Origin: a virus
Lineage: Duplodnaviria > Caudoviricetes
Length of the DNA stretch: 64,000 nucleotides
Virus record (IMG/VR): IMGVR_UViG_2974655483_000001
Location: 64,001 to 128,000 of that record
Strand: one strand, 5' to 3'
Shown here piece by piece: positions 1-10,341 of the stretch. The notes beneath the pieces were generated by a model. The model made no database searches. It saw only the letters and a list, made by a program, of their open reading frames with translations, and was not told the origin of the DNA. A program made the translations under genes and the position numbers. The first letter of the stretch is position 1. Every line of letters begins with the position of its first letter.

Positions 1-2
1 GT

Positions 3-3000
3 CGTCAACAAGTTCTTACAACATCCTTTGGTGGTGCAGCAACAGCAAATGTTATTACATCGACTTTCCTTGAAGGTGAGCAAGTGTACCAGGGCAGTTC
101 CTTTGAAAACGCTACTGCATTTGGATTTGTCTCCACAAATAATGGTTGGCAAGTTGGACCTAGAATTGTAAAAATTGTCGATTACACTGGAGAGTTTAAC
201 ATTGGAGAAAGTGTAACAGGTGTTATCTCCAAATCTTCTGGTACTATTAGTTCCTTGAATATCGCTACGGGCGTTCTTGATGTTGGATCTATTACAGAAA
301 CCTCTGGTCAGTTTATTGATGATGTTGGCAAACCTTCGGAGATCATCCAAAAGATTCAAGACTCTTATTATTATCAGGACTTCTCTTATGCAGTTAAGTC
401 TGCTGTTTCAATTAATGATTGGAAGGATATTCTTATCAAGAATGTTCACCCTGCATCCTTCAAAGTTTTTGGAGAACTTAATCTAAATGAATATGGATTT
501 GTTCCTAATAAAGAAACATTCTTCCAATTAACAAAATCTGTTGAACTTGCAAGACAAGCAACTGTACCAAACATTCAAAGTTTTGCTTTGGTTGAACCTG
601 TATATACTGCGTTTGATAATACAGAGGTACTATTCCGTCAGAAGAGATTGACTTCTTCGGAGAACATCCTAACATCAGTTGTTCAAAGACTTGATGATAT
701 TTCAAATCTATTTGATGGTGAGAGAATTTCATTCCCACTACAAATTGATGGATCTAACGTTGTTGCCAACGCAAATCAACTGATGATTATTTTGAATGGT
801 GTTGTACAAACTCCAGATACATCATTTGAAGTTCAAAACGATTCTATTGTTTTTGCCGAACCACCTCAACCTCCTGCTAGTGTTAAGTATGTAAATGTCA
901 CTATTCAACCAATTCAGGTCTATAGGTTTACAGTTACTAATAATAGTGGTATTTTCCCAAGCACCAATAATACTGTTCTAGGAACACAATCTGGATCAAG
1001 ACTTACTGTTACTAGTGTTGTTGGTGATGATATCTTCGGTTTCGTTGCAGAAGGTAATGTTGGTATCGTTACGGCACTCGATAATGCCACATTAACTTCT
1101 GGTGCTGGTTATACTGATGGAACTTATACAGAGGTTGCTACTACTTCTAGTGGAGTTGGTACGGGACTTACTGTTAATATCACTGTTGCTGCTGGTGCTG
1201 TAACTCAAGTAAGTATCAATGGTGCTGGCGTTGGGTATGCTTCTTCTGAAGTTATTACAATCGCAGGTGGTACTACATCTGCAACTATTGCAGTCAGTAC
1301 TATTAGTGGATTTAATATTAACGAACTGATAAGTGTTGGTGCAACTGGATTTACAGCAACTCTCACACAAATTACTCCAATAGTTAATCTCAATCTGTTT
1401 AGTTTTAATGAGCAGATTAAAAACTTGACTGGTAAAATTGCTGTAGTTGAAGAGGTTAATCTAGAAACAGGAGATTCTGTTCCTCTTGCCGATTTAAGAT
1501 ACACTGTTGGTGCAGGAACGAGTTCTATTGAACTTATTGATAGTGATGCATTGACAGATACTGCAGTTCCAGCAAGTACCTTTACCGTAGGTGCTAACTA
1601 TCAGTTGGGAGCAGAGATTGTTACAGTTTCTGCTATTACAGTTGGACCTAATTCAACTACACTTACTGTAACAAGAGGGCAATTGGGAACAACTGCAACT
1701 TCCCACCAAGAAGACCTGCCTTTGTATGGTACTGACATTAGTGTTACTAATGAGTTGGCATTGAGTAAGACTGTAGGTACATATCAATCAAAACCTGGAC
1801 TATTCGATATTCAACTTGATGATGTTATTATTGGATCTCAATCGGGTGTTGTTGCTAGAATTACCTCAACATCTGCATACCAAGATCCCACCACAAATGA
1901 ATTTATTGAACAGGTTAATATTTCTGATGGATCGTCTTTCTTCGGTTTACTGTTCAACAGATTGACATCTGCTTCATATCCTAATATTATTCTTGATAAT
2001 ATTGCCGAGTCTCAAGTAAATATTGTTGATTTTACTGATAATACTACAAACTTTGATTCTAAATTCCCTGGAACTGAGTTTATCAGTAATTTAGTTATTC
2101 CTTATGACAATACTACAGGTACATTCCAAGAAAACGAGATTATTCGTAACTACAAACTTGGATATGGTAATGTAACGGGAGTTTTCAATTCTTCCGAGGA
2201 TATGGTTACTAAAAAACTTGCTTTTGATAGCAGAGTCGGGTCTGGATTCTTCCAACTCGGACAAGTTATTAGAACTCAAGATACTAAGGGAGAAGTTATT
2301 GGATACAATCAAGCACTCTCTACAATCTATCTTGGTAAAGTAGGTAGAACTCTTTCTACTGGTGAAGATTATCATAAGGTTACTTTCAATAATAATGCTC
2401 AATTAGATACCGATCAAAGTCATTATGGATTAAGTTCTTTGCTACTTGATGGTACTGGAGATTATCTGTCTATTCCAACTTCTACTGAATTTGGTTTTGG
2501 TACAGGTGCATTCACAATCGAATGTTGGATTCGTCCTTCTAGTGTTACAGGAACACAACAAATCTTCGATTTCAGAACGACTGCTGTTGAAGTTTCTTCC
2601 GAACTACTACTTGTAGGAACAAATCTTAACTATAGAGTTAATAACTCCACTACGATTACTGGAACAGCAACTCTTGCCGTAGATACTTGGTATCATGTTG
2701 CTATCTCAAGAAATGCTTCCACAACAAAGTTATTTGTTAATGGAACACAGGATGGTGGAGATTATTCCGATGGTAGTAACTACGGAACCACTAAACCAAT
2801 CATCATAGGTGCCTCCTATGCCTTTGGAGACGGTTTTGCTGGTCATATCGATGAGTTCAGAGTATCTAACACTTCGCGCTATCAGACGACATTTACTGCC
2901 CCTACAGGAATCTTCCAGGGTGATGCTAATACTAAGTTGCTGCTTCACTTTGAGGGTGACGATACTCAAACATATATTGAGGATTGGTCTGGTGGCGAGT

Positions 3001-6000
3001 CCTTTACAGACAACGAAGATTTCAACAATGATGCAATTCTCAAGAACTGGAATGAAAATTCTACAAACCTTCCTGCTGGATTTGCAGGTAAGTCGCAGCG
3101 ATATTATGATGCTGCTAACTTAATCGAATCCAATAAAAACTTCGTTGCTAAAGAAGCAGTTTACTTACTGACTCAACAGTATCCATCACTCATAATTCCT
3201 GGTGGTAATGTAAATTGTGAAGATGATATTCGTGATATCCTAACTGCTATGATTGAGGATCTCCGTAATGGATGTAATAGTCATATCTGGGATGCTTCGG
3301 CATTGTATGTTGATAGAACTGCTAATCCTATTACAATTAGTCATGTTGATACGGAAGTTACAGAAACTGTCTGGGCTTACGATAAAGTCAAAGATATTCT
3401 TCAATATATCATCAACAATACTCTTTGGTCTGTTTCTGGCAGTCATGGTGTAAGACAAATTACTGATACTACAATTACTGATTCTTCTACATCATCCTTT
3501 ACCACACTTCAACCATCAGCAATTTCATACAACGCTGCTACTGGTGATATGGTCATGACTTCAAATGGTCATGGATTAACAACATCCAATACAATCGCCA
3601 TTGCTGCAGAGTCATTGACATTCACCTGCACAAGTGATGGTAATGAAAGAGAATTGATTCATCCTCGTAAGAGTGATACTAGAGCATATAATCAAGTTCT
3701 TGCAATCACTGCAGCAGACACTAATACATTTACTGTAAATGTTGGTGCATCTCCAGCAGAGCAACAATATGTTCATACATTTGTAAGTGCAACTTCGGGT
3801 GCTGTTACAGTCCTTAATTACACTACAGGTGATTGTGCCGACGTATATTCTACGATTGGCAACCTTTTGGATATCCTCACAGATACACTTGAGCAAGCAA
3901 ATCTAGGCACTCCTGTAGACCACTTAGCAACTATTACTAAAGTAACTACTGAGTATGAGTTTGTTGGTGCTACTGTTAATGCATATCTTGAAGTTCCGTT
4001 TAGTACCACATATCATAGTGCTGCTTCGGATATCTTATACACCAATAGAATTGATGTTGCTGGTCGTGGAAGATTCCGTGATGCTTCAAATCTTATCAAT
4101 GCAAACGCATCAGTTATTGTTGATAAAGCAGCATTTGATATGCTTGCTAGATATCCAGATCTTGCTGTTGATATGCCTAGAAATGCTGATGGTAGTAGCA
4201 CTGATGGAACTCTTCGCTGTAAGACTGACTTAGGTTTAATCTTAGGAGCAATCGCGAAAGATATTTATGATGGAGGAAACTTCTTTACTGTCCAAGCTGC
4301 TAAGTTCTATATTGGTGAAAATGACGAACTCAGACATATCCGTTTGCAAGTATGGCAGTCTGTATATGCTCATGATAGACTTGCATACTATGCTAAGCAA
4401 GCAGTTACAGGTGATCTGACGTATGATAACACCGACAACATTATCGTTGGTGACTGGGGTGTTACTAATGACGCAGGAAACTGTGCAAATGTTCAATCTG
4501 CTATCGATACATTAGTTACTACCATCAATGATATTATTGCTCCAACTAGCGAAGACTTTAATATTGCTGGTGATAGATTATACTTCAACCGCGAATATAT
4601 TGCCGAAGAAATCACTGGTCTTACTGCAGCATATTTGACATATCAGGTTGATAACACAAATCAAGTAGCATATACATATGACGTTGCTAAGTGTGAGCGT
4701 GATATTAAGTTACTAATCACTGCAATTATCTCTGATCTACAAACAGGTGGTAATAATAGTACAGTTGATAATATGAACTTGTACTTAACTGCTAATGGAG
4801 AGCTCAATTATATAGAAGAAGAACTTCTTCCTACAGTATTTGCTTTTGAGCAGATTAGATCTCTTGGCGAAAAAGCAATAAGAAATCTTCTGTATGATTC
4901 AGGTTCAACTGTATCTGGTCAACAATATGCTGCTATTTTCAGTGATAATACTGCATATAGAGATAGTGAAACTCCTACAGATATTGATCAAGCAGTTTGG
5001 AGACTTCGTGATTTAGTTGATATTGTTACTAATGGTCTCGCACCAGCGGGCAATGCAGTTAGAAATGCTGCCAAGAACTTCTACTTCAACCTCAAGTATT
5101 ATAAGGATGAAATTGGAGCACAGATTGATAGTCAGTTTGGTGCTGGTTCTTGGGTATACGATTCATTCCTTGAAGAAACTGCAAATAATATTGCAACAGA
5201 CAGTATCACAACAGATACAAGTTCTTCAAATACGGTTGATGCTTATGAAATCTCACTTTCCAACATTATTGGAGACTTTACGGTAGGAGAGACAGTAACA
5301 TCCAGCAATGGTACTACTGCGACTGTGCTTGAGTTTGATAAGGATAATCAGTCAATGTATGTCGGTACTTTCTCATCTACTGCTTGGGCAGTTTCTAACA
5401 CACTGACAGGTGGAAGTAGTTCAGCAACTGCAACTATTGCGGAACCATATGGATCTGTAGTATTTGATGGGACTGGCGACTATTTACAAACTGCTGCGGG
5501 TATTTCACTTGGAACTGGAAACTTTACTATTGAAGGATGGATTCGTCGTACTGATACAACCAGTAACTTCTATATCTCTGGATCAACTAGTAATAACTTT
5601 GGTTTCTTTGTAGGAGCAGGTTCTTCTAGTATCGGTTTCTACGGTGGAAGTAGTGGTAACTTTGTCAATCTTACCAATACTTCTCTTACTATTTCTGGAG
5701 GTAGATGGTATCATGTTGCTGTCGTAAGAGAAGGAACAGGATCTAACCAAACTTCAATCTATATTGATGGCATTCTTCAAGGTAGTGGAACTATTGCAAC
5801 CAACTATGGTTCTACCACCTTTATTGTAGGTGCAAGCACTAACACCGCAGAATATGCCGATGGAAATATTTCGGACTGGAGATTATCTAGCGTTGCTGTT
5901 TATCCAAAAGGAACTACAGCAATTGGAGAGCAATTATTTGCACTTCCTACAAGACCATTTGTTGCTGCAGACGTTACTGAAACTGAACTTCTGTTGTGTC

Positions 6001-9000
6001 AAGGTGATACCATCCAAGATAACGGTCCTAATACTGTAGCAGTAACTGCTAACGGTGATGCTGCCGTATCTACAATATCACCCTTTGGATATTTCCCTGG
6101 TGTTTCTAACTCCTTTGATTGGTATGTCTATCCTACCAATGTGGAGATTCTTTCTCAAGCAAGAGCAATTAGTTCTCCTGTAACTGGAGAAGTTAGTAGC
6201 GCAAATCTCTGGACTAATCCAGAAAATCTAAATGCAACTAATTATACTTCTAACTTAGTCGCTTATTTCTCTAATGTCACAAGTGCTCCTGATGGAACAG
6301 AAACTGCCGAAAAACTTTATGCTACAGGTACTGGAGTACACTCACTAACTAGAGATTTTAATCTAACTTCGTTTGAAACTTTTGATAATTCAACAGTAAC
6401 ATTTGATAGTGGTACTGAAACATTTGATACTGGATTTGGTGGTATTAGTGAGCAGCAGACATTTACTTTGTCGGCATTCTTTAAGAAAGCAGAACTTGAT
6501 AGTCTCAACTTCAAACTTTCTTTGGATACTCAGTCGAAGAATGTTAACTTCAATGTCAACCTTTCCACAGGTCAGATTGATGCAGGAACATTATTTGTAA
6601 GTCCTGGTATTACTCTTAATGAATCTGGAGTTACTCCAGTTGGTAGTGATTGGTTCCGTGTATACGCAACAATTACCTTCGGTTTTGGTATTGATGATCT
6701 TCAAGCAGATTTTGCTATCTACAACCGTTCAGTTGTTGCTGCTTCAGGAAATCAAGGTTTCTATATCTGGGGTATTAAACTCAACTCTGGTTTCCTTGAT
6801 CCTTATACTGCTGGGTCTGGCAAGGTGTTCTATTCAAATACCGAATATAACATTAAGACATATGCGTTAGATCTTCTAACTGAGTATATGATTGCTTCAC
6901 TTTCTAATGAACTTGTCGTTCCTTCTCCTATTGCTGTTGTAGGTTCGTTCTACCAGGATCCAACATCTGCAAACGCTCTTTCTGACGGAAACTACAACAA
7001 CGAAACTATCAGTAGATTGATTCGTTATGGTACTAGTACGATTAAGAAACAGTTTATTAATGATGCTTACTATACAAACCTCATTCAATATAATGCTGTC
7101 AGTTTCGGTTCTAAAAACTATGGTGTTAGAGATATTCCTACAGGAATTACTGGAGGACTAAATGCCTCTGATTATTTCTATGGATTGAGTTCCGATTCAA
7201 ATGCTGAACTTGCTAATCTCACTACTAATGAAGGTCTGATTGTTAAAGTTTACAGGAGATTCCGCATAGACGGCGATATTACTGATGGTCCATTCACCAT
7301 GAATGAAACTGTCGCTAAGCAGGGTGCTCCTAGCATTACTGGTGTAGTTTACGGATTCTATGAGGACGAAAACTTCAAATATCTTGATGTTGAAGTTACT
7401 GCTGGTCCTTGGGCAGTTACAGACTTTATTGTTGGCGCGACTAACTCAACAACAGCACAAATTAGTGCCATCGAAGATCGTATTCATATCATCGATCTTA
7501 AAGGTAATTTTGTTGAGGATATCGAATTCCTTGGTTATACTTCTGGGGCAATTGCTCAACCTACTTCATTCCTTAAAACCGAGGCATCTGTTACTTCCAA
7601 TTCTGGAGGTCTTCTGACAGTTGATACTGAGAGCTTGGTAGGGACTTTTGAGAAAAACTCAGTAGTCTATCCAGAATCGTCTAGACAGTACATTGATGTG
7701 TCTCAAGTTGGTGGTCTTCAGATATCGGTTGGTGATCGTATCGCATCTGATGGATATATTAGATTAGGTATCTCAGTTATCTCAACTTCCAATACATTCA
7801 TTGTTGGAAATAGAATTTATAAGGTTGTTAACAATCTTCAAGATAACAGTGTATATGGTGTTATCACCGAAGTAGATCTTGATAACAACTACATCTACAT
7901 CACAATGATTCAAGGTGAATTCCAAAATGGTGATTATATTGGAGATTATGGTGTTGATATTTTCCCTCAAGGATTCGCGACAATTAGTACAAAGGTGACA
8001 ACTGCTGGTGCAGCAGCCGCTCGTGTTCAAGACATCAGAACAATAGGATTGTCTAAGAGACTCTATCTTACAGAGATTGCTGGAACATTCTCCAGTAAAG
8101 ATGCGATTATCGGAACTTCTGCATATAAGGCAGTTATCACCGATATTGTAGACCTTAAAGCTCGCGTTAAGAGATCGTCCAAAGGATTTGATGGTACACA
8201 AACTAACTTCTCTCTCACCATTGAAAATGGCACTCAATATCTGCCAGATCCCGAAGGTCACATGCTCATCTTCATTAATGGTATTCTTCAACCTCCTGGA
8301 GCAACTAACGCATACACAGCGTTCTCTGACCAAATTCAGTTCGCTGAGGCACCAGAACTTGGATCTTCGTTTACTGGATTCTATATTGGTAAGTTGAGGC
8401 AGTTGGATGATATCTCGTTCGAGTTTGATTCCTTACGCCAATCATTCAACCTTAAGCGTAATGAAGTGTTCTACTCACTCACGCTAACAGAAGGTGTCCA
8501 ATCTACTGTCATTAGACCTGAAAATAACATTATTGTTTCTCTCAATGGTGTTGTTCAGGAACCTGGAGTTGGTTTTGAGATTGTTGGTTCACGAATCATC
8601 TTCTCTGAAATTCCTCGCGTAGATTCCACATTCGTTGCGTTCTCTTATGTTGGTTCTGAAGCAGACGTTGATGCTGCTGAAGTAGTTCCACCAATCGAAG
8701 CAGGAGACTTCATCGAGATTGAAGGAGAGACTGTAGATCGTGAGGTGGCGGTTATTGAATCGTCAAACTCTCTCATCACATTCGATTACCTTGGATCTGT
8801 ATTTGGTCAAGGTGCCATCGGACAATCTGCACTCACAAGCGGATTTATTAGAAATGTTCAGGTCACTTCTGGAGGTTCTGGTTATACAAGCAGACCTACA
8901 GTTAGAATCGATTCTATCTCTGGTTTCGATGGTAACATCCGTGCATTGATTGGTATCTCTAGTGTTGAAATGAATACTTATGGTTCTGGATATCAAAATC

Positions 9001-9095
9001 CAGTCGTCGTTGTTGAGAGTGAAGTACCTGATGATTGGACCGCACCAAATCTCGCAAATTATGGTGAGGAATTAATTGATCCAGAGATCGCATAA
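3..9095 (+). CDS. Giant virion/baseplate structural protein (gp7 wedge-initiator-like), 5'-truncated; two LamG/ConA-like domains and three phycobiliprotein-like helical domains
   Basis: Frame is open from nt 3, so the GTG at 84 is not the true start. IQDSYYYQDFSY...HPA baseplate-wedge motif; position upstream of gp8; LamG-like segments at about 2433-2957 and 5451-6087 (DGTGDYL...FTIE.W...WYHVA). Confidence 0.75.
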   Translation, partial: RQQVLTTSFGGAATANVITSTFLEGEQVYQGSSFENATAFGFVSTNNGWQVGPRIVKIVDYTGEFNIGESVTGVISKSSGTISSLNIATGVLDVGSITETSGQFIDDVGKPSEIIQKIQDSYYYQDFSYAVKSAVSINDWKDILIKNVHPASFKVFGELNLNEYGFVPNKETFFQLTKSVELARQATVPNIQSFALVEPVYTAFDNTEVLFRQKRLTSSENILTSVVQRLDDISNLFDGERISFPLQIDGSNVVANANQLMIILNGVVQTPDTSFEVQNDSIVFAEPPQPPASVKYVNVTIQPIQVYRFTVTNNSGIFPSTNNTVLGTQSGSRLTVTSVVGDDIFGFVAEGNVGIVTALDNATLTSGAGYTDGTYTEVATTSSGVGTGLTVNITVAAGAVTQVSINGAGVGYASSEVITIAGGTTSATIAVSTISGFNINELISVGATGFTATLTQITPIVNLNLFSFNEQIKNLTGKIAVVEEVNLETGDSVPLADLRYTVGAGTSSIELIDSDALTDTAVPASTFTVGANYQLGAEIVTVSAITVGPNSTTLTVTRGQLGTTATSHQEDLPLYGTDISVTNELALSKTVGTYQSKPGLFDIQLDDVIIGSQSGVVARITSTSAYQDPTTNEFIEQVNISDGSSFFGLLFNRLTSASYPNIILDNIAESQVNIVDFTDNTTNFDSKFPGTEFISNLVIPYDNTTGTFQENEIIRNYKLGYGNVTGVFNSSEDMVTKKLAFDSRVGSGFFQLGQVIRTQDTKGEVIGYNQALSTIYLGKVGRTLSTGEDYHKVTFNNNAQLDTDQSHYGLSSLLLDGTGDYLSIPTSTEFGFGTGAFTIECWIRPSSVTGTQQIFDFRTTAVEVSSELLLVGTNLNYRVNNSTTITGTATLAVDTWYHVAISRNASTTKLFVNGTQDGGDYSDGSNYGTTKPIIIGASYAFGDGFAGHIDEFRVSNTSRYQTTFTAPTGIFQGDANTKLLLHFEGDDTQTYIEDWSGGESFTDNEDFNNDAILKNWNENSTNLPAGFAGKSQRYYDAANLIESNKNFVAKEAVYLLTQQYPSLIIPGGNVNCEDDIRDILTAMIEDLRNGCNSHIWDASALYVDRTANPITISHVDTEVTETVWAYDKVKDILQYIINNTLWSVSGSHGVRQITDTTITDSSTSSFTTLQPSAISYNAATGDMVMTSNGHGLTTSNTIAIAAESLTFTCTSDGNERELIHPRKSDTRAYNQVLAITAADTNTFTVNVGASPAEQQYVHTFVSATSGAVTVLNYTTGDCADVYSTIGNLLDILTDTLEQANLGTPVDHLATITKVTTEYEFVGATVNAYLEVPFSTTYHSAASDILYTNRIDVAGRGRFRDASNLINANASVIVDKAAFDMLARYPDLAVDMPRNADGSSTDGTLRCKTDLGLILGAIAKDIYDGGNFFTVQAAKFYIGENDELRHIRLQVWQSVYAHDRLAYYAKQAVTGDLTYDNTDNIIVGDWGVTNDAGNCANVQSAIDTLVTTINDIIAPTSEDFNIAGDRLYFNREYIAEEITGLTAAYLTYQVDNTNQVAYTYDVAKCERDIKLLITAIISDLQTGGNNSTVDNMNLYLTANGELNYIEEELLPTVFAFEQIRSLGEKAIRNLLYDSGSTVSGQQYAAIFSDNTAYRDSETPTDIDQAVWRLRDLVDIVTNGLAPAGNAVRNAAKNFYFNLKYYKDEIGAQIDSQFGAGSWVYDSFLEETANNIATDSITTDTSSSNTVDAYEISLSNIIGDFTVGETVTSSNGTTATVLEFDKDNQSMYVGTFSSTAWAVSNTLTGGSSSATATIAEPYGSVVFDGTGDYLQTAAGISLGTGNFTIEGWIRRTDTTSNFYISGSTSNNFGFFVGAGSSSIGFYGGSSGNFVNLTNTSLTISGGRWYHVAVVREGTGSNQTSIYIDGILQGSGTIATNYGSTTFIVGASTNTAEYADGNISDWRLSSVAVYPKGTTAIGEQLFALPTRPFVAADVTETELLLCQGDTIQDNGPNTVAVTANGDAAVSTISPFGYFPGVSNSFDWYVYPTNVEILSQARAISSPVTGEVSSANLWTNPENLNATNYTSNLVAYFSNVTSAPDGTETAEKLYATGTGVHSLTRDFNLTSFETFDNSTVTFDSGTETFDTGFGGISEQQTFTLSAFFKKAELDSLNFKLSLDTQSKNVNFNVNLSTGQIDAGTLFVSPGITLNESGVTPVGSDWFRVYATITFGFGIDDLQADFAIYNRSVVAASGNQGFYIWGIKLNSGFLDPYTAGSGKVFYSNTEYNIKTYALDLLTEYMIASLSNELVVPSPIAVVGSFYQDPTSANALSDGNYNNETISRLIRYGTSTIKKQFINDAYYTNLIQYNAVSFGSKNYGVRDIPTGITGGLNASDYFYGLSSDSNAELANLTTNEGLIVKVYRRFRIDGDITDGPFTMNETVAKQGAPSITGVVYGFYEDENFKYLDVEVTAGPWAVTDFIVGATNSTTAQISAIEDRIHIIDLKGNFVEDIEFLGYTSGAIAQPTSFLKTEASVTSNSGGLLTVDTESLVGTFEKNSVVYPESSRQYIDVSQVGGLQISVGDRIASDGYIRLGISVISTSNTFIVGNRIYKVVNNLQDNSVYGVITEVDLDNNYIYITMIQGEFQNGDYIGDYGVDIFPQGFATISTKVTTAGAAAARVQDIRTIGLSKRLYLTEIAGTFSSKDAIIGTSAYKAVITDIVDLKARVKRSSKGFDGTQTNFSLTIENGTQYLPDPEGHMLIFINGILQPPGATNAYTAFSDQIQFAEAPELGSSFTGFYIGKLRQLDDISFEFDSLRQSFNLKRNEVFYSLTLTEGVQSTVIRPENNIIVSLNGVVQEPGVGFEIVGSRIIFSEIPRVDSTFVAFSYVGSEADVDAAEVVPPIEAGDFIEIEGETVDREVAVIESSNSLITFDYLGSVFGQGAIGQSALTSGFIRNVQVTSGGSGYTSRPTVRIDSISGFDGNIRALIGISSVEMNTYGSGYQNPVVVVESEVPDDWTAPNLANYGEELIDPEIA

Positions 9096-9098
9096 ATA
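9092..9098 (+). promoter_or_regulatory. T4-type late promoter (ATAAATA)
   Basis: cATAAATA 20 nt upstream of the ATG at 9118. Confidence 0.7.
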
Positions 9099-9117
9099 AC
9101 TAAAAACGTAGTAAGTA

Positions 9118-10338
9118 ATGGCTAAACAAGCACTAAACCTTGGAGCTTCTGCTAATGATAATACGGGGGACACCCTCCGTATTGGTGGTGATAAAATCAA
9201 TGATAATTTTAACGAACTATATACCGCTTTAGGTAATGGAGTAAGTTTAACTGTTAATACATTGAACCCCGTATCGGGACAAGTTCTTCGTTATAATGGA
9301 TCTACTTTTCTGCCTTCAGATTATAGTAATCTTACATCTGCTTTGGATGTAAACGGAAACTCAATTATTTCCTCTAGTGATGGGAATATTCCTGTTGCTG
9401 CAAATGGCACTGGTGTTATTACATTAGCATCCAATTCAGTCACTTCGACATTTGGTGCTACTGTTGACATTCCTACAAGTGTAAAGTATAAAAACGAATA
9501 TGCATCTTTAGGTGTTGCTCCTGCTGCAGCATCTTATCCTGGTTATTTCTTTACTGTAGATGGTGTTGATGACCCATATGTAAATATTAATATCACTGCT
9601 GATGGTGTTGGTGATGTTAGAGCGAAACTTCTCACCGAATATTCAAGTATTGATACTTTAAGTAATGTTGATGTTACAACAACAGCACCAACAGCAAATC
9701 AAGTTCTTAAGTGGGATGGTTCTAACTGGGTTCCTGGAGATGACCAAGCAGGTGTAAGTGCCATTAATGTTTTCCAGACTGTCACTGCAGATTCTGGAAC
9801 TACTACAGCAAATAGTCAAGCAGACACTCTTACTATTGCTGGTGGTACTAATATTACTACAGCAGTTTCTGGTGATACCGTAACTGTAAACTTTAGTGGT
9901 ACTCTTACTACTACTCTGGCAGCATTAACTGATACTGATACTGCTGGTCTTACCCAGGGCGATATGCTCTATTGGAATGGTTCTAATTGGATTCCAACTC
10001 GCAGTCCAATGCTTTGGTATGAAATTGGAGCACCTCCAGGAAATAATTCCAATTACTATACAATAGCAGGACCTGGATCACCTATCTCTGTTCAAAATCC
10101 TACTATCTATGTTCATAGAGGATTCACATATGCCTTTGATAATAGTGTAGAAGGCGGTGGTCATCCTTTTAGAATTCAATCTACTCAAGGACTGACAGGC
10201 ACTCCATATACCGATGGACAGAGTGGAAGTATAACCAATGTTCTTTATTGGACAATTCCAATGAATGCACCTAATACATTGTATTATCAGTGTACTCTAC
10301 ATTCGTTGATGCAAGGCACCTTTACCGTCGTAAACTGA
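9118..10338 (+). CDS. Baseplate/fibre-associated structural protein with gp9/gp10-like N-terminus and C-terminal cupredoxin-like domain
   Basis: N-terminal MAKQALNLGASANDNTGDTLRIGGDKINDNFNELY motif; repeated QVLKWDGSNW fibre motifs; C-terminal HPF...YYQCTLHSLM. Confidence 0.75.
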   Translation: MAKQALNLGASANDNTGDTLRIGGDKINDNFNELYTALGNGVSLTVNTLNPVSGQVLRYNGSTFLPSDYSNLTSALDVNGNSIISSSDGNIPVAANGTGVITLASNSVTSTFGATVDIPTSVKYKNEYASLGVAPAAASYPGYFFTVDGVDDPYVNINITADGVGDVRAKLLTEYSSIDTLSNVDVTTTAPTANQVLKWDGSNWVPGDDQAGVSAINVFQTVTADSGTTTANSQADTLTIAGGTNITTAVSGDTVTVNFSGTLTTTLAALTDTDTAGLTQGDMLYWNGSNWIPTRSPMLWYEIGAPPGNNSNYYTIAGPGSPISVQNPTIYVHRGFTYAFDNSVEGGGHPFRIQSTQGLTGTPYTDGQSGSITNVLYWTIPMNAPNTLYYQCTLHSLMQGTFTVVN

Positions 10339-10341
10339 TAA

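Noticed and set aside
84-86. GTG start for the 3003-aa ORF
   Set aside because: The frame is open from nt 3, so the gene begins upstream of the window
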